DNA of 46,000 bases from Penicillus capitatus (lineage: Eukaryota > Plantae > Chlorophyta), in NCBI GenBank assembly GCA_965649825.1, contig OZ287722.1, positions 1 through 46,000 on the forward strand, read 5' to 3'. Each line of letters opens with the position of its first letter. Within the stretch, counting starts at the first letter, position 1. Below are positions 34,034-45,324 of the stretch, one piece after another. The notes beneath the pieces were generated by a model, which saw only the letters and a program-made list of their open reading frames with translations, made no database searches and was not told the DNA's origin. A program made the position numbers and the translations under genes.

Positions 34034-34876
34034 ATGGTGCTCGTCCTGTGCATTGGCGATTTTCACGTCCCGCATCGTTCGACCGATTTGCCACAACGCT
34101 TTAAGGAACTCTTGCAACCCGGAAAAATTCATCACATACTATGCACGGGCAACCTCTGTTGTCGCGTACAGCACTCGGTTCAGCAGCAAGGCCATTGGCA
34201 AACACATTCCTATGCAGGAGCTCATGGAATACCTCCGCACCGTCTGTGGTAGCATACACGTCACGAAGGGCGACTTTGACGTCATCCAAGCACCTGAAGA
34301 CAAAGTCTGCTCAGTTATCGACCGAACATGATACAGAGCGTCCTCTACAGGTCATCACGGTCGAGGATTTCCGAATCGGCCTGTGCCATGGACATCAAGT
34401 GAGCGATCGCATTCGTGACTGGAATACGAGATGGGAATGGGATCAGGTGGTGCCAGCCGGAGATGTCAATGCATTGGGTATCTTGCTGCGAAGATTAGAT
34501 GTCGATATCTTGCTGACTGGGCACACCCACGTGTTACAGGTCCTCCTCCTGCATCGCTGTTCTTCTGGTCGCCATTGACGGGCGAGGTCAGGTCGAACAG
34601 CATGATGACCGTCTGTTAATGAACCCTGGGTCAGCAACCGGAGCCTACAGCATCTACACAGAGGACGTGGTTCCGAGTTTCATGCTCATGGATATCACTG
34701 GAAGCAAAGTGGACGTCTATATCTATCAGATGATTGACGGGGAGTCGAAGGTAAAGAAGATGGAGTTTGTGAAGCCCAAGGCTCGATCTTACCCCAAAGG
34801 ACCCAAAGAGAAATTCAAGGGTGCCATTCACAAAGTCATGGACTCAGCAGTAAGCCGCTTCCTTCGCTTCTGGTGA
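34034..34876 (+). CDS. VPS29: Retromer subunit VPS29
   Basis: [61 protein letters not shown]. Four introns. Confidence 0.96.
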
Positions 34877-35107
34877 GGTGAATGGAGTAGATGGATTCTG
34901 TAGGGGAATGAAGGGGAGACGGAAGGGAAAGAGAGTTCACAGGAGAGCTCAAATGGCAATCCTCCAGCACAGGAGTAACAAAACATCGACATTGCTGTGT
35001 GCACTTGAGGACGTCCTTTTCCAACCGCTTTTTCCGATACTGTAGTGACAGAACGCTTCATCCCAGATATCAATCAGGCTGTGGGTTCAGAAAAAGATGC
35101 TGAGCCC

Positions 35108-37158
35108 TTAGCCACTTACATCTACATTCAAATCTTCTGTCTGCGATGGTGGTGAGGGTGGAAACAGTTGGTCGATCTGCCTCTTTAAATATGGCACCTG
35201 TTGGGCAATATGCCACGGAAATTCATCCTGTGCCAAATGCAGTACGGTCCATCCAACGGCCTCGAGCATCCGAATGCGCCACAGTCGATAGCAGAGAATC
35301 TGCAGAAGGGGATTGGAAAGGCAGGCAGGGCCTTGGATGGACATACTTTATCAGGGGCATTCACAAATCGCTTGCGGGGGAGGATAATCTCAATGCTGAT
35401 GCGATGACCAGCGGGATTGGTTGCCAAAGTGGCGCCGACGCAAATCGTATCCAGTATTTTACACTCGCAGATGTATCCAAGCCGACGTATGGCGAAAGAA
35501 TAGGCCTTCAAGAGACTCGGAATCTTCTTGAGCGTCTGCGTCACTCTCCAGTGCTCCATGCTTGCCTACAGCGACTTCTCTAACCGTACATCTCACAGAA
35601 ATACAGAGCGCGTGAACCTGAACGATCTCAGACGACAGCAGATCGTTGATGTCGACATCTGGGTGCGAGAGCCGAAGTGTGACGATTGCCTGAGCTAATT
35701 GGATCAGACGTGCCTCGGCGAAGGCAAGCAATGGATACTTGTTCAGATAATGCGCCGCCCATTGCACCCACTCGGGTGTGAGCTGCTCCAGCATAGCCAG
35801 GGACCAGATGATGAGGATCGTTGTGGATGGGACATCCTCTGTCTGCTCGTAGTCTTTCATCGAGGGTATAGCCTGCAGCAGTCCTTGAGGTTTATGGCCC
35901 ATGTTGGCACAGGCGACCAGCAGAGTCGAGATCTCGTTAGTAGCGAATGCACTCTGATGTTCGACACAGTACGCATCGAGCTTCTCCCGAAACGCCGGGC
36001 TTGGGAGGAAGCGCAGTCGAACCATGGATCCGACGAAGGTTGCCATTTCATACGTCTTGAATGTGTCCATGTGCTCGAACGACCATCTCTCCATCTTCTC
36101 GAGCAGGGTCACGAGACCTTCTGGAGGAATAAGGAGTTTCTCAAGTGCCCATGTGATGTTGGCCACCTGCCGGGCGTCGCTGAACTCGTCAACACGCGCT
36201 TCCAGTTGACGCAGAAGTGGCGGCAGTAGATTCACAAAGTCTTCATAGTTTAACTGCGCCAGCGCATGGAGAAGCAAAGAGGTATCCTGTGGCGTAAACG
36301 CCGCCACCTGTTGCTTTGCCACTGCGGCCAACAACGGCATGAACTCTCGCGCTCCCACGATGTCGAGTCGAGCCAGACTGTTGGCAAAGAGCGAGATGCA
36401 CTGGGGATTGAACGAAGAGATGATGCGAACGGCATGCATCAACAGCGACTCCATTGCCTGATAGCCATTGGACGTTCCGAACGACACGTGCAAAGATGCT
36501 TGACCCAGGGTGGCAAACGCCCATACGATGTTCGACACATGCATCGCCTCAAAATCATTCAACTTCTCCATCGTTATCTCCAAAAGCTCCTGCCCAGATC
36601 TTACGCCTCTCGAAAAGGAGCGAGCGCTGTGCGGCGGTGTACTTTAAAGATAGGATGGTGCAGGATGATGCTCGACATCGCAGACTCGATGCCCAACGCC
36701 CCGAGCTGATGCAGAAAGGTTGAGACATTGACGTGATCCATACAATGCCGCTTGGTCTTAAGTATGGTATGCAGACGGTCCAGTCCGCGTTCGAACAACG
36801 GCAGCTGCTTTTCACGTGGATGCACGACTCGATACCCTGGCCCTTCTAACCAATGTCGCTCTTTCTGCTCGCCACCCTCTCGCAAATCCTCGACCACTCC
36901 CTCACTGATTTCCAAAACGTGCTTGTTGAGCTGCAGCGCACGGACATCGGGATGGTGCGTCGGCTAGAGGAGGGCACCGTAGGAAGGGGCGTCTCTTCGG
37001 CATCCCACCTGTGGAATGGATGGTCCTGTTTTTCGACCGCCGCCGCCGTCTGAAAAGCCACGCGCTTCGGTGAGCGGCCTCTGCTGCAGCACGGCATCGA
37101 TCCACCTTCCAACAACGCACCAACTCCCGCGCAGCGCCCTCCTCCGCAAAGCGATCAT
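35108..37158 (-). CDS. RAP-domain/FASTK-like helical-repeat RNA-binding protein with mitochondrial-presequence-like N-terminus
   Basis: MIALRRRALRGSW...; repeats DHVNVSTFLHQLG, AMHVSNIVWAFATLG, PQCISLFANSLARL, PQDTSLLLHALAQL, ARQVANITWALEKL; RAP-like C-terminus RLWRIRMLEAVGWTVLHL. Confidence 0.88.
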
Positions 37159-37184
37159 CGTCGCGAACGTACAAACACTTTGCT

Positions 37185-38405
37185 TTACATAGCATCTTCA
37201 CCGAATGCTTCCATTTTCTCCCAGATGGTCATTTCGTCATCGGACTCGCTACCAGCCCCGTCGAGCTGTTTGTCGAGCCAGGCTTGACGCTCGAAGCGTT
37301 TGTTCTCGCGCTCAAAAAAGTCTTTGTCTGCGACCATGTGACCCTTACGGATCATGTATTCGTCGATCTCTTCGACACACTTGTTGCCTTCTCCTGCCCA
37401 ATCCGGCAATTCATCTGGATTCTTCTCTGACCAAGGACCCTTGTCTTTGCGCGGATCGAAAGCCCGTCCTGCATCACCAGCTGTCACATCTGTCATTTCA
37501 CGGCCTCACTCACGCACCGTTCTGTGTAATGACATTCCAGATCTCCTCTTCCGTCCAATTGTAGCCCTCTTTCTCGTCATCGGGGATTCTGAAGGGAGGC
37601 AGATGGAAAAGGACAGTGCTGGGAAAAGGGAGGAAGGTGACCTGGAGTCGACGGCGACAAGGTTGGCGTACTCGTATTTACCGAGCACTTCCCGCTGATA
37701 CTTCCGCCATTCACGTCGTCCCTTCTCCCTTGCCTTCCTCTTCTCCATCATGGCTCTGAAATCCCAATCATCCCAGTCTGGATCAAATTCCTAATGCAGT
37801 TCTCTCAGCTCCTCTCTGTCAGCCATCCAACAACAGAGGTGCACTTCAGCAGGCGTGGGTGGTTGAACAGGCTCGTCAAAATTTTTTGTAAAGTTGACCG
37901 GCATTAGAGTCTGGTAATCGGAACGGGTCTCCAAATACTTACACGCCTTCATGAGCCACATGCGCTGACCCTCTATCGAATCTTCATACTGTGGCAGATC
38001 CTCAGCGAAGGCGCCTAGTCACATCACACCTGTTGTGCGTGAAGAAGTAGCCGAGGACTGACCTTCCTCTTCCAGGAGGTGTCGCCATTCGTCGTACCAT
38101 TCGTCGTAGTCATCTCGATACCAGAATTCCTCCCAGTTGATGGCGCCTTCGGGAAAGAGCTTATCTGCCATGCGTTTGATGATGTGCCACTCTTTTGTCG
38201 AGATGTGCCAATCGCCTCCCATCTTGAACTGTTCGATGTGTGGCATGACATACTGCGAATCCGGATGCCCCTCCGCATCGCGTTTCCGTTCTTCTCGGAT
38301 CCGACGGTAGACGCGACAAACGCCCAAAGAACGGGACGTCCATTGTCTTTTACAAGGGGGCGAGATTCTGTGGTGATACAGACGCGGAAGGGTGGCGGAA
38401 AGCAT
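37185..38405 (-). CDS. Uncharacterised Trp/Asp/Glu-rich protein with plastid transit-like N-terminus
   Basis: Five exons joined by GT-AG introns: ...INWEEFWYRDDYDEWYDEWR...FDPDWDDWDFRAMMEKRK...YNWTEEEIWNVITQN|GRAFDPRK...EAFGEDAM*. No family recognised. Confidence 0.7.
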
Positions 38406-38477
38406 GGTGCTCGGTGTCTTTAGGTGACAACGATGTGACGTTCCGCGCGATGACAGGAGCTTTGTGAACGACGTCCG

Positions 38478-40375
38478 ATGCTGCGACGCGCTGTGGTTGG
38501 CCTTGGCCGATGGAATGCCTCACCGGAGGGCTCCTGTTCGAAATGGATGTCCTCCGCCGTTGCGCCTCTCCACGACACCCACCTCGACACACAGCCGGTG
38601 AGCGTCCCCTCTGACGCAGCTGCATTCCATAACAGCCAGATATCTGCTCAGAAAGAAATACGACGTCGAGCGAATGGCATTCCTTTGACGACGGGACGTC
38701 CCAGACTCGTCGTTCTTGGCACGGGATGGGCAGCCTGTCGTCTACTGCGCGACATCGATCCACGCAGATATGATTTGACGGTGCGTTTTCGAACACAAGG
38801 GCGTTTGTTTGTGAGGTGGGTATTGCGTCTAGGTCGTTTCTCCGCGAAATCACATGGTGTTTACTCCGTTGCTGGCCTCGACGACCGTCGGTACATTGGA
38901 CCCCAGAAGCGTCACCTTGCACATTGCCATGATTCAGAAGGCGTTGCATCAGCCACAGAACCAGTATCATATGGCGTCGTGTGAAAACGTGGATGTGGAA
39001 GAGCAATTGGTGCACTGCAATGCAAAGGGCGTTCAATTTTCGCTACGCTATGACAAACTCGCTATCTGTACCGGATCACAAGTACGCTTCTCTCCCTTGC
39101 CTCTATCTATTAACGGCGTTCAACACAGGGGAGCACATTTGGCATACCAGGCGTCGAAAAGTACACGCATTTTCTGAGAGACGTCCGCCAGGCCACAGAG
39201 ATTCGAGCGAAACTGATCGAGAACATCGGCCTGGCTCCACTCCCTGGTACCATCTCCGTTTCTTTGCGGACAGCGACGAAGAAGGATGCTTGTAGGAAAC
39301 ACCGCTGAAGAATTCTCTCGCTATCTCACCGTGGCCATTGTCGGCGGAGGACCTACCGGCGTGGAATTTGCTGGCGAGCTGTGCGATTTCGTACGTGAAG
39401 ATCTCAAACGTCTCTATCCCAACAGAGCACGCGCAATTCGGTCTGTCTCTCTTGCTAAATGCGCCCTTACCTCTCGAACGACAGGCAAAATGCAGGGTCG
39501 TTCTAATCGAAGCTCAGGAAGTACTGGGATCGTTCGATACGTCTCTGAGAGAGTATGCCGCTCAGAAACTAACGAGGCAAGGCGTCCATCTCATCAAGGT
39601 ATGCTCCTCCTCCTCCTCTTCGTGCCATTGATTGATGGTGCCCCAGGGGACGGTGCAGGAGGTTGGCCCTTCGTTTATTCGTTTGCACGATGGAAGAGTG
39701 ATCCATTTCGGTCTATGCGTCTGGAGCACAGGAGTAGGGCCGACAGACTTCGTTTCAAGTCTTTCAATGAGCAAAACGGAATACGGTCGACTTGCCATAG
39801 ACGACTACATGAGAGTCCTCAAATTGAACACCGAAGATGGCGGCGCCTCGCATCAAGTGAGACAATCCCTTCTACCTAATGCTCGCCCGTCCTGACCAGA
39901 CGTCGATGCTGCTGCTGTCCAGAACGAAACGTCCAAAACGCGCCACATTCCAAATGTCTATGCATTAGGAGATTGCTGCGCCAACCGTTCCCGTCCGTTA
40001 CCTGCCTTGGCACAAGTCGTAACACATGGCTCACCATCGGCTGCCGCATCGACGTGGTGTGTGCGTTAGGTCGCCGAGCAACAAGGCAAGTATCTTGCCA
40101 GGATTCTGAATGCCGAGGTCTCTCCCAGCGGCAAAGCAATAAAGACGGACGTGGATCCGTTTGTCTATCGTCATTTAGGCTCGATGGCGACCGTTGGAAG
40201 GATGTCTGCCATCATGCAACTCGATGGTCCACGATTCAGCCTCGCTGGATTCAGCAGCTGGGTGGCCTGGCGGTCGGCCTATCTCACACGTCTAGGTACC
40301 GTACGCAATCGTTTGTACGTCGCTTTCAACTGGACCATCACTCTTCTCTTCGGCAGAGATCTGTCCAGATGGTAA
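38478..40375 (+). CDS. Type II NAD(P)H dehydrogenase, NDA-like
   Basis: RPRLVVLGTGWAACR, VSPRNHMVFTPLLAST, IVGGGPTGVEFAGEL, VWSTGVGP, VYALGDC, LPALAQ|VAEQQGKYLA, FVYRHLGSMA, RDLSRW*. Seven introns. Confidence 0.94.
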
Positions 40376-41190
40376 CCGCAGAATTTCTTTGTACATTACG
40401 ACCGACCGACCACACAAATAATCATCTGGCGATTCTTTTAATTCTTTCTCAGAAATGCACTTTCTGTTTCGCTGCTGCTGTGAAGCACTTCCATTCATCA
40501 CTTTGCCCGTTTGACAGTTTCTCTGCTGTAAACACGTCACTGTTGCTGTTGCAGATATGGCCAGCCGCCAAAACCGGACCCCAAGGCAGTCTACCAACCC
40601 TACGTGTCGCGACGCGGCCAGGCCGCGGAGGAACGATGTGATCCACAAAGCTTTCGTGAATCGGTCATATTTTTAACCCGCCAGCGTCCAAATCTCCCCA
40701 CCCGTCGTCATCGTTGGCACACGTGGGACCATTCGCCTCCATCGTTCGTTATGGTTGAATGTCTGCTGTCTAACGGCAAACGAGAGGATAGAGAAGGAAG
40801 TTCGCTGCATCTTCCTCCCTTACGTGATAGTTCATGGTGCCATGTGAATTTCACGGTTAACTTCTCTGCAAGACATAGCGCATGGTGCGAAAAATTGACA
40901 CATGCGCGGAGCTATGTGGCATGGGTATGTTCGACGGAATCTGCATTGAACGGTGGACAGCTGACGGTTGACGCTTCCATCTGAAGTACTTGGTAGAAAC
41001 TGCACGGGCGGTTGGACAGCGACTACTTTAGCTGACTCAGTCGCATCGGTATTGGTTTTTCAGCATCCAAGAAACGCGTGTTTCCCTACATCGTGCCAAA
41101 ACCTTAGTGATTTCTCGACGAAGCTCTTTGAGCTTAAAATCTCCAGCTGTTCAAAAAATACCGCCTCGGAATTAAGACGAAAGACCGAAT

Positions 41191-43105
41191 ATGAAGACGC
41201 TATTGCTGTTCTTGTTCGTGATATCGCTGTGCGCGGCAGAAAGCCTAAGTAAGAATGCGCCGAACGCGCTCGCCTGAATTCTGTACGCGTCACGGCGCAA
41301 TGGCCAATCGCCGTCGACTGTCTCGTCGACGCCTCGTCGACACCAGCGCCCACGTTTAACACTTTCTAACGACGGTTTTTGGTGTAGACGCAAAAGGACG
41401 CCAATTGACGCAGGAGGACACACAGGTTGCTGACTATGAAGGACTCAAGGCCGCTCTCGAAAGCGGCGAACCCCTTATCGTCATCACGGCTCCATTCACC
41501 GTGGAAGAAACCCTCACCATCACCGCACCCGTGACGATTCAGAGCACTGGAAACGTGGCACTCGGATGCCCTCCGGCGCTCAATTCGGCCTTCATCGTCG
41601 AGTACGCGCCTACCGCATCCTTCTCCATACAGACGTACATCATCTGCCCTTCCCTAGGGGTGTAACTGTCACATTCCGTGACATGGCCATTAGAGACTGT
41701 TTGTTGAATGATGCCTTCGCCGTCATCCTTGCTCGCAATGGAGCATCTGTGACATTGCAGAATCTCGAAGTGACAAATGTGCGTAACGTCGCCGCCCCCG
41801 GTGTCGTCTACGGCCTAGACTCCGCCATCACGATCACAGATTCCTTCTTCCAAAACAATAGAGGATACGATGGGGCGATCGTCTTTGCCCAAAACTGCGA
41901 CATCTCGGTCGCGAGGAATGATTTTGTGAACAATCTGGCATACGATGACGGTGTGGCCATCTGGGCAGAGAACTCAATGACAACCGTCGAGGAGTGCTCT
42001 TTCCGTGACAACGTAGCGGATTTCTCTGGAGGTGCACTCTTTGCTAAGGTACGGTATCCTCTACTGCCTCCGTTCCCTCTTATGGAACAATGGTCTGATC
42101 ACAGAGCGGCACATTGACAGTCAAGTCGTCAGCATTTACGAACAATCAAGCATCGTATGGAGGCGGTATCCGAGGAGAAGACGCCACCATTGAAGTGACG
42201 GAATGCAATTTCGACAACAACCGCGCTTCTTACTACGCAGGGTCCATCTACATTCTGGTCAGCAATGCCGCCATCGATAGATCGAATGCGTCCAACGGGA
42301 CGGTGTTGCTTGTAGGGAGGCATTCTGAATGTGCAAAGTTGTGCCTTCACGCGTAACTATGTCTTCAATTTTGCGGGAAGTATCTACTCGGAGGGCGGAG
42401 CCATGACCATTGTCGATTCCACTTTCGATACCAATAGTGCAGAAGAGTATGCCGGAGGCATCTATGCTTTGGTAGGTCCCTCTCTTCTCCTGCCGCACTC
42501 ACCTGGCGGACTGTTTTTGGCAACAGAGAGGCTCTCTGGTACTCGAGGGTTGCTCTTTTATAAGGAATGAAGCCCAATACTTTGTCGGTGCTGTCTACGC
42601 TCTGGACACAACCAACGTCGATGTCACAAACTGCAGTTTCGTGGAAAACAGTGACACGTACTTTGCTGGAGCTATGTACGCTCAGTATGGAGCAGTGAGC
42701 ATCAAAAACTCAGAATTCGTGAGAAACACCGCCAAGGAGTTCTCTGGAGCCCTCTACATTCAAGTCTGCCCCCATACTGTACCACACCTATACCAACATC
42801 CCTCTTCTGCTCTGTACAGGACGCTCCGTTGACACTCGACGGATCGTTAGTTTCGGGAAACACGGCAGATTACTATGCAGGCGGTCTGTTTATGCAGGTA
42901 TGTCCCTCCCCTCACTCCATGGGCGATCACATATGGTGTGGTCTTGTAGAATGGCGTGTTTAACTGCATCAATTCGATATTCCGTGACAACACGGTGCAG
43001 TACTACGACGGTGCTTTCGTCGTCGAGAACACTCAGGTCAACCTCAACGGTTGCCAGTTCGAAAACAACTCCCCAGTGAATCTTACCAGTAGAGCTGGTA
43101 TCTGA
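41191..43105 (+). CDS. Secreted right-handed beta-helix protein with PMP-like FxxN/GGAI repeats
   Basis: Signal peptide exon MKTLLLFLFVISLCAAESL (41191-41248); about 24-aa repeats such as CSFRDNVADFSGGALFAK, STFDTNSAEEYAGGIYAL, SEFVRNTAKEFSGALYIQ. The 3' end could extend by a further exon. Confidence 0.8.
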
Positions 43106-44130
43106 TCCCCTTTCGTTCTACCTGCCCCCGTGTAACCTTCGGGTGTTGCATCGATTCCACAAGTGTGCGTGACTCGACTTCTAAGTTGTAGTTACTTGGG
43201 TGGTTCCTATGCTGATTTCGTTTTTCTTAACTCCCTTATCGAACAGCTGTACCAAATTCCTGTCCTCCCGTGTCTGTCCTCTATACTCGAATGACGCAAA
43301 AGTAAAGTTTCGGCTTTTTTTGTTTTCCTGTCAAGTCTCGTCGAAATCTGCTGAGATCACCAGATTTCGGTCGGGTACACATGTGTGTTGAGGATCCGGC
43401 ATTCGTTGTTCATTCTTGGTCCTGACCGGCATCGAATATGATGATGGCATACATGTATGGTTGTGTGGGTACATTATGCAAGTGTGTGTTTGTCGATTGG
43501 CGTCACATCACTTCGCCATTAGCCTGACTGCCATCGTGTGGCACAATCGTCATCTTTTAGCCTTTCTCTTTTCTTGTACGTCCACTGCTGATTAATTGCG
43601 TGACTTCAGGAAAACATTTAGGGAATGGTTGTTTCGGACATCATTTTTCTTTTGTCCTCTGGCCATAGGCGTTACACGTTCGGCCGACGAGATCCTCCAA
43701 GTTCGTCGAATAGGACCTACCTGATCGGTTTAATGGGAATCCTACTCTATCTCTGTTGACTGTCTCGTGACTCCGGTGAGAATGACGTAGCGGATTAATG
43801 TGCAGAGGACAATGCATAAAAGCGACCACTGCACAATACTTGGTAGTGGGGGCTGCTGGCTCTCTCGACCATACTTCGCTGAGAATACATATTTTTATAC
43901 GATAGGCAATGTCATCTCTTTACCTGTCTGGACATGGAAAGCCCTTTTGATTAGTGGAGACAAAACGAAAGACATTGACTGAGACCCGGAAGTTGAATTA
44001 CGCACAATTTTAAGACCGATAGATCCTCTATTGTTAAAGGCAACGAGCCAACGCGCCTACGCGATGCTCAACAGAAAGGACAGACTGTCAAATCGGGACC
44101 TTCGACATCCGATAGAGAATGCAGCAAGCG

Positions 44131-45324
44131 TCAGACTTGAATCGTAAATGCACCCGGCAGCTTGACGCCAGACTTCGGCTGACGATTGGAATCGTAGATT
44201 CCGAAATGGTAGTCCAGTTCACATGTGCTGCACGAAGGGTCAGTGACCTGAGTGCTCAGACCTTCACAGGTACCGCAGGGTGCCCAGATGCGTTTCCAGT
44301 CTTCATCGAATATCGCATGGATGTAGGTCGGTCGATTGGTCCGTCTGCCTTCCTCCACGATCTCCTGAATGAAGATCGTGGCATTGGCTTCGCTTGGTCC
44401 AGCCAGAAGTCCGTCTCTAGCATTGGGGCGGCCTTCGCAGCATCGCTCCCCTTCTGTCGGCCATCCCGATTCGCAGATCCACACCGGTTTGCTAAAGTAC
44501 TGAGCGAGTCCATTGGCTTTGGCATGGACATAACTCCCCGCCGACAGACAGTCATAGTCTACGCCCGTGGGACAGACGATATCCCACCCCTCCCAGAACG
44601 GCTGCATGTTCATACAGATGAAGTCTGTCTCGGCAATGAGTTCTGGACCGATCGCAGATTCATACACAGGCCAGACATCCGCCGTCGTGACTGGCGTCTG
44701 GTATCCACCGTTCGAAACGATCCTCTTCACTTGACGGATGTAGGAAAGCAGATCATTCAGGGATAGGGTCTCACTGAAGAGGACCTAATGCAGAGATGGG
44801 ATGGTCATCGTGGATGGAGGGCGTGAGGGAGACGCACTTCGTTTCCGACAATGATGGCGTCGATAATGTTGCTATGTTCGGCGAGAATGGGTCCCACTGC
44901 TGCGACCTCCTGGTCATTCATCGCCTCGTTTCCGGAGAGATAGGGGCCGATGATGGCGCGCATCCCATTACTCTGACAAAAACTGAGAATCGCCTACACA
45001 TGGACATCCCATCGTTGGTACGTTCAGTTCCGGCGTCGCTTGTGGTTCCGTCCGTACTTGGGTGACGTCAGGACACACCGCGATGTTGTAAAGACGGACG
45101 TGGTCCGCAACTTCCCGTATAATCTGCATGTCCTGATTGACTTGATATACCGGCAGGCACATCGAGCCGAGGTCCAGGGCAAAGGGAGAGTAAGTGACGC
45201 CGTAGAGAGGCCCATTAGACGGACGGGCATTCCTGTCGAAGTCGCTGCCGAGTGAGCCGACACCGTTGGCCGAATGGAAAGCGCATGCGACAAGAGCAAG
45301 AGCCAAGAGCGAAGGCCAATGCAT
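44131..45324 (-). CDS. Secreted glycoside hydrolase family 17 (beta-1,3-glucanase/transglycosylase-like)
   Basis: Signal peptide MHWPSLLALALVACAF; YGVTYSPF, HVRLYN, acid/base IVGNE|V, VTTAD, NMQPFWEG, nucleophile ICESGWPTEG, HFGIYD. Two introns. Confidence 0.88.

Noticed and set aside
42269-42338. Possible non-canonical AT- or GA-donor intron in the beta-helix gene that would preserve the repeat register exactly
   Set aside because: A canonical 49-nt GT-AG intron with the same acceptor keeps the frame at a cost of three extra residues.
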